From positions 64,001 through 128,000 of the IMG/VR virus record IMGVR_UViG_3300031992_000005: 64,000 nucleotides of DNA. One strand, given 5' to 3'. Below the pieces are notes generated by a model that saw only the letters and a list, made by a program, of their open reading frames with translations, had not been told where the DNA came from and did no database searches. This document shows positions 43,766 to 53,082 of this stretch, piece after piece. This DNA is from a virus. The first letter of the stretch is position 1; each line of letters opens with the position of its first letter. The position numbers and the translations under genes were made by a program.

Positions 43766-46097
43766 ATTGTTCAACTATAGTCCAACCATATTTTCCTAAA
43801 TAATAATTTCCCGTTCCCATCCAAGTGTCGTAGCCTGTAGAACCAGCTGGAACTGTTAAAGTACCATTGGACTTAATATAATAAAAGGTACTAGAACTTA
43901 TACTTGGGGCTGTAGTTGCAAGAGAAGTAATATTAACTAGATGAGTACAGTATTCGAATGCGTGGTTACCAATACTAGTCACTGAATTACCTATTGTAAC
44001 AGAAGTTAAAGAACTACAATAAACAAATGCATTAATTCCAATACTAGTAACTAAATCTGGAATTGTAATAGAGGTTAGAGAAGAACAACTTCGAAATGCA
44101 CCGGCACCAATACTAGTTACTGAATCTGGTATTATAACAGAAGTTAGAGAGGTACAACTTTCAAATGCAGCGCCACCAATACTAGTAACTGAATCTGGTA
44201 TTGTAACAGAAGTTAGAGAGGTACAAGTCCGAAATGTAAAATCACTAATACTAGTAACTGAACTAGGAATTGTAATAGATGTTAAAGAAGTACAATTATA
44301 AAATGCACTATTACCAATACTAGTAACTAAATTTGGAATTGTAATAGATGTTAAAGAAGTACAATTATAAAATGCACTACTACCAATCCTAGTAACTGAA
44401 TCTCCTATTATGATAGAAGTTAGAGAAGTACAGTTTTGAAACGCATAATTATCAATACTAGTAACTGAACTAGGAATTGTGATAGAAGTTAAAGAAGTAC
44501 AACCATTAAATGCACTATTACCAATACTAGTAACTGATTCTGGAATTGTGATAGAGGTTAAAGCAGAACAATCACTAAATGCACTACTTCCAATACTAGT
44601 AACTGAACTTGGAATTATAATAGAAGTTAAGGAAATACAACCAGCAAATGCATTATTATCAATACTAGTAACTGAATTTGGAATTATAGTGTTCTTACAA
44701 CCAGTAATTAATTTATTACTAGATTTTCCTATAATTGCGTTACAATCATTTCTAGAGTCATAATAAGAATTATTTGGATCAACTACTATTACTTCAATAC
44801 TACTGCATCCATAAAATGCATACTGACCAATATTAGTAACTGAACTAGGAATTGTGATAGAAGTTAAAGAAGTACAACCATTAAATGCACTATTACCAAT
44901 ACTAGTAACTGATTCTGGAATTGTGATAGAAGTTAGGGAAGTGCAGCTCTGAAATGCCTGACCACTAATACCAACAACCGAATCTGGAATTATTACATCT
45001 AAGTTTATACCTCTATAACGATAGACTATGTTATTTTTTATACATAACCCGTCAATCTCCAAATCTATTATAGTAGCTCCCCAATAACTGTACACTGTCT
45101 CATCAAGAGAGCTATTATTAACAAAATTATTAGATAAAAATAAGCAACCAGCAAATGCACCCTGACCAATACTAGTGACTGATTCTGGAATTATGATAGA
45201 AGTTAATCCAGTACATCCAGCAAATGCACCACTACCAAGACTAGTGATTGAATCTGGAATTGTAACGGAAGATAAAGAAAAACAATTATTAAATGCACCA
45301 TTACCCATACTAGTAATTGAATTACCTAGCGTAAGACTAGTTAGTTCATGACAGCCAGAAAATTCTTGTCCACCGATGGCAGGAACGGAATCTCCTATAA
45401 TTAATGTTTTTAATTTTCGACAAAAACTAGAACCATTAGAACTAAAAATACCTGATAATGGCGCTTGTGCATTATAATTAATATACTCTAAATTAATACA
45501 CCTAGCAAATGCACCACTAAGACTAGTAACTGATTCTGGTATTGTAATAGAAGTTAAAGAAGTACAACTACTAAATGCACCATAATTAACCTCAATTACT
45601 GATTCTGGTATTGTAATAGAAGTTAGAGAAGTACAATTCTGAAATGCACTATTATTAATTTTAGTAACACTACTTCCGATAACAAGATTAACCAGTTTAG
45701 GACAATTATTAAATGCACCATTAGTAATAGTTGTTACAGAATCTCCTATGATTGCTGTTACAAGTTCTGGAGAATTAGAAAAAGATGAATTACTAATACT
45801 AGTACACAATTTACCTATTTCAGCTTTAACACAATTACTATTATATTCACCCAGTCCGGATGCAGTTAACTCACCTTCGCCCTCTATTTCAATAACACTT
45901 CCATCTATTAAGGTTAATTTGCAGAATCCTTCATAAGGAGGTTCTTCGCTATCACCCCCCCCCCCTTGGCCGATTAGGTCTTCACTATTAAGTGATGGGA
46001 AGTAGTCACTCTTAGTCTTCTTTTTCACATTTGAATAAATATATTCACTTAGTGTATCCCCACCTAATTCATGAGAGAAACAATCATTTACATTCAT
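43764..46097 (-). CDS. BspA-like leucine-rich-repeat (LRR_5) protein, 777 aa
   Basis: More than 20 units of about 23 aa of the type CTSLTSITIPxSVTSIGxxAFxx. The C-terminal GTLTVPAGSTGYDTWMGTGNYYLGKYGW module is shared with two other LRR proteins. Confidence 0.8.
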   Translation of the reverse strand: MNVNDCFSHELGGDTLSEYIYSNVKKKTKSDYFPSLNSEDLIGQGGGGDSEEPPYEGFCKLTLIDGSVIEIEGEGELTASGLGEYNSNCVKAEIGKLCTSISNSSFSNSPELVTAIIGDSVTTITNGAFNNCPKLVNLVIGSSVTKINNSAFQNCTSLTSITIPESVIEVNYGAFSSCTSLTSITIPESVTSLSGAFARCINLEYINYNAQAPLSGIFSSNGSSFCRKLKTLIIGDSVPAIGGQEFSGCHELTSLTLGNSITSMGNGAFNNCFSLSSVTIPDSITSLGSGAFAGCTGLTSIIIPESVTSIGQGAFAGCLFLSNNFVNNSSLDETVYSYWGATIIDLEIDGLCIKNNIVYRYRGINLDVIIPDSVVGISGQAFQSCTSLTSITIPESVTSIGNSAFNGCTSLTSITIPSSVTNIGQYAFYGCSSIEVIVVDPNNSYYDSRNDCNAIIGKSSNKLITGCKNTIIPNSVTSIDNNAFAGCISLTSIIIPSSVTSIGSSAFSDCSALTSITIPESVTSIGNSAFNGCTSLTSITIPSSVTSIDNYAFQNCTSLTSIIIGDSVTRIGSSAFYNCTSLTSITIPNLVTSIGNSAFYNCTSLTSITIPSSVTSISDFTFRTCTSLTSVTIPDSVTSIGGAAFESCTSLTSVIIPDSVTSIGAGAFRSCSSLTSITIPDLVTSIGINAFVYCSSLTSVTIGNSVTSIGNHAFEYCTHLVNITSLATTAPSISSSTFYYIKSNGTLTVPAGSTGYDTWMGTGNYYLGKYGWTIVEQ
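45955..45965 (-). repeat. G11 homopolymer (C11 on + strand) inside the LRR gene
   Basis: Read directly as atca-ccccccccccc-ttgg. It encodes GGGG at residues 45-48 (..GQGGGGDSEE..). Confidence 0.9.
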
Positions 46098-46113
46098 AAT
46101 TTAAGTATTTTTT

Positions 46114-47511
46114 TTAATTCATTGTTACTTTTATCCAGCCTCCTGGTAATGAGTTCATCCAGGTATCATAGCCTCTAGCACCTTGCGGAACATATAATGT
46201 ACCGTTAGGACAGATGTCTTTAAATGGGTTAAAGCCACTTGGGAAAGTTGGTGCAATTGCTGGTTTTGCTACTATTTCACATAAGTTACTACAATAAACA
46301 AATGTATCTTGACCAATAGATGTAATACTACCAGGTATTATTATACGAGATAAACCTGCACATCCAAGAAATACACCATGATCAATAGTAGTCAGTGAAC
46401 TATATTCAGGTAAATTAATTTCAATTAGCCTGTAACAATGGGAAAATGCATAAGAACCAATACTACTTAGATTATCCCCTAAGACAACTTTTTTCAAACC
46501 ACCACAACCATCGAACTTATCACCGGTGATACTAGTGACACCTTTTAAGACTACTGTTTCCAATGTATTAATTGCTCTGAAAAATCCATATTCAATACTT
46601 GTCACGGAATCCCCTAAGATTAATGTCTCTAGAGTTCTATGATTACCAAAAGTTTCTGTACTGAAATTAACCTGTGCATCATAATTAATATACTTAATAT
46701 TTGCACAATTCTTAAACGCATTACTTCCAATACTAGTAACTGAATGTGGAACTGTTATGTTAGCTAGGTTTGTACATCCGTCAAATGCATTATCTCCAAT
46801 ACTAGCTACTCCATCCTCTATTACTACATCAGTTAAGCTAGTACAACCTTGAAAGGTGGAGCTATTAATATTAGTTAACTTACCAGGGATTTCTATACTA
46901 ATTAAGCTAGTGCAGCCATAAAATGCACTACTACCTAAGGTAGTTAGATTCTTAGGCAACCTCACATTAACTAAGCTATTACAATTATATAAAGCCTGAT
47001 CACCAATACTAGTAACGGTATTAGGTATTACCACCTTGGTTAAATTATTACATCCATATAATGCAAATTTACCTATAGAAGTTACACCATCAGGTATAAT
47101 TAATTCCACCAATGCACCACTAAAGAAAATTGGAGCTGTCCCGCCCAAAGTGCCACTTGGATTAGTCAATTCAAACCTAATTGTATGTATTCCTGTAGTA
47201 TTAAAGGTATAGGTTACTACTATAGGATTATCCCCCGTTTGAAGTACTCCATCAATTTCAGTAGCTTTAATCACATCAGGTCCAGTATAACCAGATGTTA
47301 TAACAGTAGGTGAAGTAGTACTAGTGACATTATACTTACCTATCATCCATGCACTAGGCTTATTATAATGTACCTCATTTTCTGCTTCACAGTATACTAC
47401 ATTAGGTCCTTGGATGCTATCTTTTTGTTCTTCATACTCGGTATGAGTATTAAATTTCTTTAAATATTTCATATTAGAAAAAATAGAGCAACTCTCTCTC
47501 AAGTTGCTCAT
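46114..47511 (-). CDS. BspA-like LRR protein (start uncertain: 47511 or 47472)
   Basis: Non-repeat N-terminal domain of about 150 aa, then LRR_5 units (CNNLTKVVIPNTVTSIGDQALYNCNSL..). C-terminal GTLYVPQGARGYDTWMNSLPGGW. Confidence 0.75.
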   Translation of the reverse strand: MSNLRESCSIFSNMKYLKKFNTHTEYEEQKDSIQGPNVVYCEAENEVHYNKPSAWMIGKYNVTSTTSPTVITSGYTGPDVIKATEIDGVLQTGDNPIVVTYTFNTTGIHTIRFELTNPSGTLGGTAPIFFSGALVELIIPDGVTSIGKFALYGCNNLTKVVIPNTVTSIGDQALYNCNSLVNVRLPKNLTTLGSSAFYGCTSLISIEIPGKLTNINSSTFQGCTSLTDVVIEDGVASIGDNAFDGCTNLANITVPHSVTSIGSNAFKNCANIKYINYDAQVNFSTETFGNHRTLETLILGDSVTSIEYGFFRAINTLETVVLKGVTSITGDKFDGCGGLKKVVLGDNLSSIGSYAFSHCYRLIEINLPEYSSLTTIDHGVFLGCAGLSRIIIPGSITSIGQDTFVYCSNLCEIVAKPAIAPTFPSGFNPFKDICPNGTLYVPQGARGYDTWMNSLPGGWIKVTMN

Positions 47512-47518
47512 TTTAATT

Positions 47519-47905
47519 TTATAGTAAGTTCGTAAGTTTTTCAAAAAGACGATCGAGTTTAGCCATATCAAGAAGAGCCGTATAGCCTTTATGTGCTATT
47601 ACTTTTCCCTTGAACTGAACTAATGGATACATACCACCATCCCAGATATCAAGTCGTCTTTCATCAGGGATATATACGATTTCGCCCAGAGGGGTTTTTC
47701 TATGATCCTGACTACGAATTACGTATTTATATACATCGACACCTTCTGCGATTAGCATTGTTAATGTATTTAATCCAAACAATATCTTTATATTATCATA
47801 GATGGATTTTACTTTAAGGGCATTCTTATGCGTTTCATCCTTAAAGAATCCTGTAACATTCTTAACTTCCGCAAAAGGTAATCCTTGATAACTAAGCCTT
47901 AACAT
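47519..47905 (-). CDS. hypothetical protein (128 aa)
   Basis: ATG ORF in the minus-strand train. Confidence 0.5.
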   Translation of the reverse strand: MLRLSYQGLPFAEVKNVTGFFKDETHKNALKVKSIYDNIKILFGLNTLTMLIAEGVDVYKYVIRSQDHRKTPLGEIVYIPDERRLDIWDGGMYPLVQFKGKVIAHKGYTALLDMAKLDRLFEKLTNLL

Positions 47906-48497
47906 CTGTTTGTAATTTTTGTTGTGCTAAATTTAAAGCCGAATTATAGTAGCAATTATTGCCCAGAGGATTATAACTCATATAATCAAGATTTCTGTTC
48001 AACGTTACTTTAGACACGATATTTCTTACCTCCAGTAGAATATCTTCAGGGTCTCCTAGAAAATTATACCAACCAGGGTCAGCAAATATCATTAGTTCCT
48101 TTGAAGTCAATTTCACAAACAAGTTAATCTCTGATACCCAAGCCTCAGGTAATGCTGTTAACCCAAATTCAATGTCTTTATTAAGAGAGCTTTGATCAAA
48201 ATTTCTCTGTACATCAACTAGAGTAAAATCCTTTATTTTATCAAATACTAGGTCATTCAATACAAAAAGCTTACTCTCTTCAATGATATCCTTGTAGTCC
48301 TTCACAACAAAGTCTCTATAATAAGACGGATAAAATGAGTCATAATAATAGTTTTTACTTAAAGTATCAATGCAAGAACTCAAGCTACTTGATAAATCAG
48401 TAGTAACACCAGTTATTTTAGAGAATGCATCATTAAGAACTATCTTTGATAAGCTACTTACTACTCCATTTTCATCTTTCATTTTTTCTTCCATCAT
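47892..48497 (-). CDS. hypothetical protein (201 aa)
   Basis: ATGA-coupled downstream of the nuclease gene. Confidence 0.55.
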   Translation of the reverse strand: MMEEKMKDENGVVSSLSKIVLNDAFSKITGVTTDLSSSLSSCIDTLSKNYYYDSFYPSYYRDFVVKDYKDIIEESKLFVLNDLVFDKIKDFTLVDVQRNFDQSSLNKDIEFGLTALPEAWVSEINLFVKLTSKELMIFADPGWYNFLGDPEDILLEVRNIVSKVTLNRNLDYMSYNPLGNNCYYNSALNLAQQKLQTDVKA

Positions 48498-51214
48498 TTT
48501 ACTAAAACATTAGTTATTGCTGAATCATTTAATGTTAATTGAATGGACTTATTATTAAAGCTTGGAACAGAATCCATATGACTACATAATATTACGCAAT
48601 CAACCTTCATCTCTTTAATCAAGTCTAATACAATATCATGATTTTCTGAATCGAGGTGCTTTAAGAATTCATCCATAATTAAGAATCCCATTCCAGTTAC
48701 GATTTTCTGAAGAAAATCCACGTCAAGAATAGTTCTCTGACCATCACTACAGTTGATATAAGGCACTTCATTTCCCCTAAGATTATAAAAACTATCCAAG
48801 CTAAGATGTTCTTTTCCCCTAAAGGTAAAGTGATTTGTCTTATAAGTTACTCTATTGTCACTAAATTCTCCTGCAAGACGTTTCATAATCTCTTCATATA
48901 TATCACCGGTCGGACCAGTTAGTTTTATATACCTCTGGAAATCTTCCATGAGAGAAGAGGTTTTTTCAATCTCACTTTCGTAGGCTTTTATTTTTTCTTC
49001 TTCCTTAGATTTATCTAGAACTAGAGTATTGTACTGATTCCATGTACCAATCTCTGCCTCTATAAAACCGAGTTGTTCAATGAAACCCTCTGGAAGTTCA
49101 GGCTTCTCCGGGATATTACCAAGATTGGATAGATCTTCCTCTACCTTTTTCAGATCTTGCCTTACTTTATCATACTCAATACTAGTGAGAGTATTATTTT
49201 GTTTCTCTGTATAAAGTCTAGCAATACTGTTATTTAATTCAGCTTTTGCCTTATCATCCCAACCCAAGAGAACTTGATTTTGTTCCTGAATAGCCCTATC
49301 TACAGAGAAAATGCGCTGTTCAAATTCCTGAATATGACTTCCCGGATTTTTCTTAATAGGTTGGCCACATGTAGGACATATCGCACCGGCCATTAATTGA
49401 TCCTTTTCCCTAATTAACTTATCTTTTTCTACATTGAGTGAATAAAATTTCATATATTCAGCCTCAACCCAAGATTGTTGTTTCTTAAGTCGTTCTATTT
49501 CAGAATCAATAGTAGGAAAATCCCTAAAGGAGTCTAACTTTTGCTTCAATTCAGCTAATCTGAAAGTATCATTTTCCTTCCTGGCCATTAAGGAAGCACT
49601 TCTTTCTATAAAATCGTTATAAGCGATCAGTTTCTTTTGTAAAGATCTTCCATAATCTCTTTTAACAATCAAAGAATCTAGTGATTCTTGTGGAAGAACA
49701 ATACCTTGTAGTTTGGTTTCAATAAACCTAAGAACTTCTTTAGATTTATCGATACCCTCCAGCCACTTACTACTACCTCTCACCAACTGCTCGAGGAGTA
49801 CCTTAGCATGATCATTGTAGGTATCGATCCTATCCATCTTGAAAAACCTACTAATGATCTCAGATTTTCTCTCTGGAGTAATATCCCCAATGAATCTAGG
49901 GTGATCTGAGTCAAAGAAACATACATCCATGAAGTCTATGAAAGGAAATCTAATATGCATATCCTTTTCAAACTCTGCCTTCTTATTATATTTCTGTGGC
50001 TCACCTTCAATCCAAAAACCATACTTCTTACTACCTCTCTGAATTCTATAATTCACACCTTGATATATAAAATCTACTTCGGTTATACATTCTTTTGCTC
50101 CAAATTGAACAAAATCCTTGTAATGTGGATTTTCTACAAAGGCATACTTAATAGCAGATAAGAGACTAGATTTACCAGAACCATTATGTCCCGTCAAGAG
50201 GATTCTATCTCCTGCACCGAGATAAAGTTCTGCTTCTTCTATACTTCTCCAATTCTTACAATAGAATCTGGTGATAGTAAAGTTAAAATCTACCTCATTG
50301 GCATCTAAGTTTGGAATAGTTTTTATTACTTCAGAATGAATGTTCTCTAATTTTTCTCGAACTAATACATTTTCTATTAAGTGACCTATTTCTTCCCAAG
50401 CTGGGATATTGATATTTCTTACGCCACTATTTACTACGTGATTACTCGGCTTATATACATACCAAGTCTTATCTAATTCATTCCAACCCTCAAGATCCCT
50501 TTGTTCCGTATATTGAAACTTGATAAGATTATCATGAGGATTAAGATTTACCCAATAGCACTTACTTTCTACACAATCCACTATTACACCAGTACAGTAC
50601 TCTGAATCAGACATCCTACAACGTTGTGGAATACCTATACTCATATACTTACCACTGTTGGCTGGCTTATGTATATCTCCGCAAATAGCGAGTTTAAACT
50701 TGCTTTCATCTAGAACTTGGCTATGGAAATTATCTTCCCTCGAATAAGATATAGTAGCATGCGTAAATAAGATATCAAGCTGCCCATTTACCCAAGATAG
50801 GTCAAACTCAGGTCTCCAATTATAAAACCCTATTCTCTTGCCATCTACATTAATCTCCTTCATATCTGCATAATAAAGGTTCTTTGGTAGCATGACAGAT
50901 AATGCACAGTCAGTAAATTCAGAATTAACTCCCTTGTTATCCTGATCGTGATTTCCCCAGATTATAAAACCCATCTTAAAATGAGCCATTACAGTATCTA
51001 AGAAATTCTTTACTTCTGCCTGAACATAGGGTCTATTTAAAAAATTATCTACAGTATCTCCAGCGATAACTAAGATATCAGCCCCTTCAGACTCAGCAAC
51101 CTCTATTATATTAGAGGCTACTGTTCTAGTCTGATAGAGTCTATATTTATTTGTTGGATTTCTTTGTGGATAATCGTGTATATGAAGATCCGAAATTGCA
51201 AGAATTTTACTCAT
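48494..51214 (-). CDS. fused Mre11-Rad50 (SbcD-SbcC / T4 gp47-gp46-like) nuclease-ATPase, 906 aa
   Basis: N-terminal phosphoesterase motifs ISDLHIHD, AGDTVD, WGNHD and GDIHKP. Then Walker A GHNGSGKSS, coiled coil with zinc hook CPTCGQP, signature SDGQRT, Walker B LIMDEF and H-loop LCSH. Confidence 0.8.
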   Translation of the reverse strand: MSKILAISDLHIHDYPQRNPTNKYRLYQTRTVASNIIEVAESEGADILVIAGDTVDNFLNRPYVQAEVKNFLDTVMAHFKMGFIIWGNHDQDNKGVNSEFTDCALSVMLPKNLYYADMKEINVDGKRIGFYNWRPEFDLSWVNGQLDILFTHATISYSREDNFHSQVLDESKFKLAICGDIHKPANSGKYMSIGIPQRCRMSDSEYCTGVIVDCVESKCYWVNLNPHDNLIKFQYTEQRDLEGWNELDKTWYVYKPSNHVVNSGVRNINIPAWEEIGHLIENVLVREKLENIHSEVIKTIPNLDANEVDFNFTITRFYCKNWRSIEEAELYLGAGDRILLTGHNGSGKSSLLSAIKYAFVENPHYKDFVQFGAKECITEVDFIYQGVNYRIQRGSKKYGFWIEGEPQKYNKKAEFEKDMHIRFPFIDFMDVCFFDSDHPRFIGDITPERKSEIISRFFKMDRIDTYNDHAKVLLEQLVRGSSKWLEGIDKSKEVLRFIETKLQGIVLPQESLDSLIVKRDYGRSLQKKLIAYNDFIERSASLMARKENDTFRLAELKQKLDSFRDFPTIDSEIERLKKQQSWVEAEYMKFYSLNVEKDKLIREKDQLMAGAICPTCGQPIKKNPGSHIQEFEQRIFSVDRAIQEQNQVLLGWDDKAKAELNNSIARLYTEKQNNTLTSIEYDKVRQDLKKVEEDLSNLGNIPEKPELPEGFIEQLGFIEAEIGTWNQYNTLVLDKSKEEEKIKAYESEIEKTSSLMEDFQRYIKLTGPTGDIYEEIMKRLAGEFSDNRVTYKTNHFTFRGKEHLSLDSFYNLRGNEVPYINCSDGQRTILDVDFLQKIVTGMGFLIMDEFLKHLDSENHDIVLDLIKEMKVDCVILCSHMDSVPSFNNKSIQLTLNDSAITNVLVK

Positions 51215-51729
51215 TATATTGTCTTCATTATTGCCTGATAATTAGACATAACCCAAGATAAAGCTGCATATGCATGCTTACATAATGTAGTTACACCAGC
51301 TTTTCCCTTTGGGGCATCAGACAATGCTTGTCCTAATACAGTTTTTATTCGATCATTATTAAATAATGAATCTCTCTTAGATAAGATATAACTAGACCGA
51401 TATTTAAAGTCAGCGCAATCACAGTATATGCGAACTTGATTATTTCCCCAATTCCTAAGAGAAAAATCTGGCTCTAATTGAATAAATACATAATGAGTAT
51501 TGCCCGTATTGCTCTGAACCTTTAACTTTAACGTAATATAGAATACTTTAATAATATCGGTCTTAAAGAATTGTCGAATCTTAGCGGATAAACTTTCTTC
51601 CTTTAAGGTGAAAAATGTATCCGCCAATGAAACAGTACAACCACTTGCTCTAGCAGTTCTCTGTTCATCTATGCTCATTAATTCTCCAATTGTATACCTC
51701 TTACCAAATAGGTTATCTAATAGTCCCAT
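51214..51729 (-). CDS. SWIM-type zinc-finger protein (171 aa)
   Basis: CDCADFKYR..(n)..LCKHAYA fits CxCxnCxH. Confidence 0.5.
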   Translation of the reverse strand: MGLLDNLFGKRYTIGELMSIDEQRTARASGCTVSLADTFFTLKEESLSAKIRQFFKTDIIKVFYITLKLKVQSNTGNTHYVFIQLEPDFSLRNWGNNQVRIYCDCADFKYRSSYILSKRDSLFNNDRIKTVLGQALSDAPKGKAGVTTLCKHAYAALSWVMSNYQAIMKTI

Positions 51730-51733
51730 AATA

Positions 51734-51961
51734 TTATCTGATTGAATTAATATCTACTACAGGTTTACTATTCCCTGAGAGGGTGATAATTGTATTAGTA
51801 GACTTTACATACAGTCCACTAAAAATAGGGACGTTCTCTTCAGAATTACCACTGAAAACAGGCTCCACATCAGATCTAGGTACATATTCACCGTCCTTGA
51901 AGAGTCTCTGTGTGGTTTCATCATAAGAGAATTTTCCTATACTTGAATTAATGTATATCAT
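51734..51961 (-). CDS. hypothetical protein (75 aa)
   Basis: ATGA-coupled ORF. Confidence 0.45.
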   Translation of the reverse strand: MIYINSSIGKFSYDETTQRLFKDGEYVPRSDVEPVFSGNSEENVPIFSGLYVKSTNTIITLSGNSKPVVDINSIR

Positions 51962-53016
51962 CTTCCTGAATATAATGTAGGATCAAACCTACTAATGAAT
52001 TCTGTAAAATATCTATCACTAATTCTAGTGATCCCATACTTACCGCAGAATTTATGAAACTCATCTAGTGTTCCTAATTTTCCTGCAGTTGGGAGATGAT
52101 CCGTTATCATTCTTTTTGCTTCCTCTAATCTAGGATACTTTGAAAGATCAAATGTTTCCATCTGTTTCTGAAATAATTCCGGATCCTCTAAGTCTGATAA
52201 GTCACCAGATACTATGTGTTGAATAGCCTCTACTTGATTAACATGTTCCTTAGCAGTTCTTCTCATAGCATTATGCCCAAATCCGAGAGAATCACTATAA
52301 GATTTATATGCATAAAGAGACATTCCGAGGTCTTTCATTTCCTGTGGCATCTCACTATACATTCTCTCATAAGTAATAAACTCTGGATCAGATTTACCAA
52401 TAGGCATTCTGAATTGGAGCATCTTAGGGGAAGTGAAATATGAAATATCACTGTCCTTAGTTACCATGACACTAGGCTTAGCATCTGGTTCATATAACAT
52501 CATTGAAGCCAAGTACATTAAGTTATCTGCTTCATATCCAGGTACAAATATTGAAGGTACACCAAACTTATCAAATTCATACATTAATGCAAACTTAGCC
52601 TTCTGCTTAGTCTCATTAAAGTATAATTTTTTATAAGCCTCCTGAATAACATCTTCAGTGACACCTGGAGTATTCTTTAATTCTTCAAATTTCTCCTTAG
52701 TCATGTATGTACTAAGAGGATCTTTATTTCCTCTGTTCCCTTCAATGTCACCTCTATTATCCTTATACCCACCACCTAGGAGATATGTTGTATAATACCC
52801 ATTCCATTCTGGATCCCACTTATCTGCTACAAAGACATATTTATCGGCCAAGACTTTATAATCTCGAGCAAACTTATTCAAAGACCAGATTGTCATCTGT
52901 ATCACATCTCCTGGAGTATATTCTCCTGGTTCTTTATCCTTACTTACAACAAAGCATGATCTATATAATAACATGCTTAAGTCTATAAGCGCGTATTTAA
53001 ACGTATTACTAATCAT
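51958..53016 (-). CDS. FEN-family 5'-3' exonuclease / RNase H (T4 rnh-like)
   Basis: Acidic clusters in PIN-like order: LIDLSMLLY, FVADKWD, YKDNR, GYEADNL and TKDSDISY. Confidence 0.55.
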   Translation of the reverse strand: MISNTFKYALIDLSMLLYRSCFVVSKDKEPGEYTPGDVIQMTIWSLNKFARDYKVLADKYVFVADKWDPEWNGYYTTYLLGGGYKDNRGDIEGNRGNKDPLSTYMTKEKFEELKNTPGVTEDVIQEAYKKLYFNETKQKAKFALMYEFDKFGVPSIFVPGYEADNLMYLASMMLYEPDAKPSVMVTKDSDISYFTSPKMLQFRMPIGKSDPEFITYERMYSEMPQEMKDLGMSLYAYKSYSDSLGFGHNAMRRTAKEHVNQVEAIQHIVSGDLSDLEDPELFQKQMETFDLSKYPRLEEAKRMITDHLPTAGKLGTLDEFHKFCGKYGITRISDRYFTEFISRFDPTLYSGR

Positions 53017-53082
53017 GTATGAAATTAAAGGGGAGAGCTGAATGAGAAATCATCAACCCTCCCAATTTTATTTGAGTATTCC

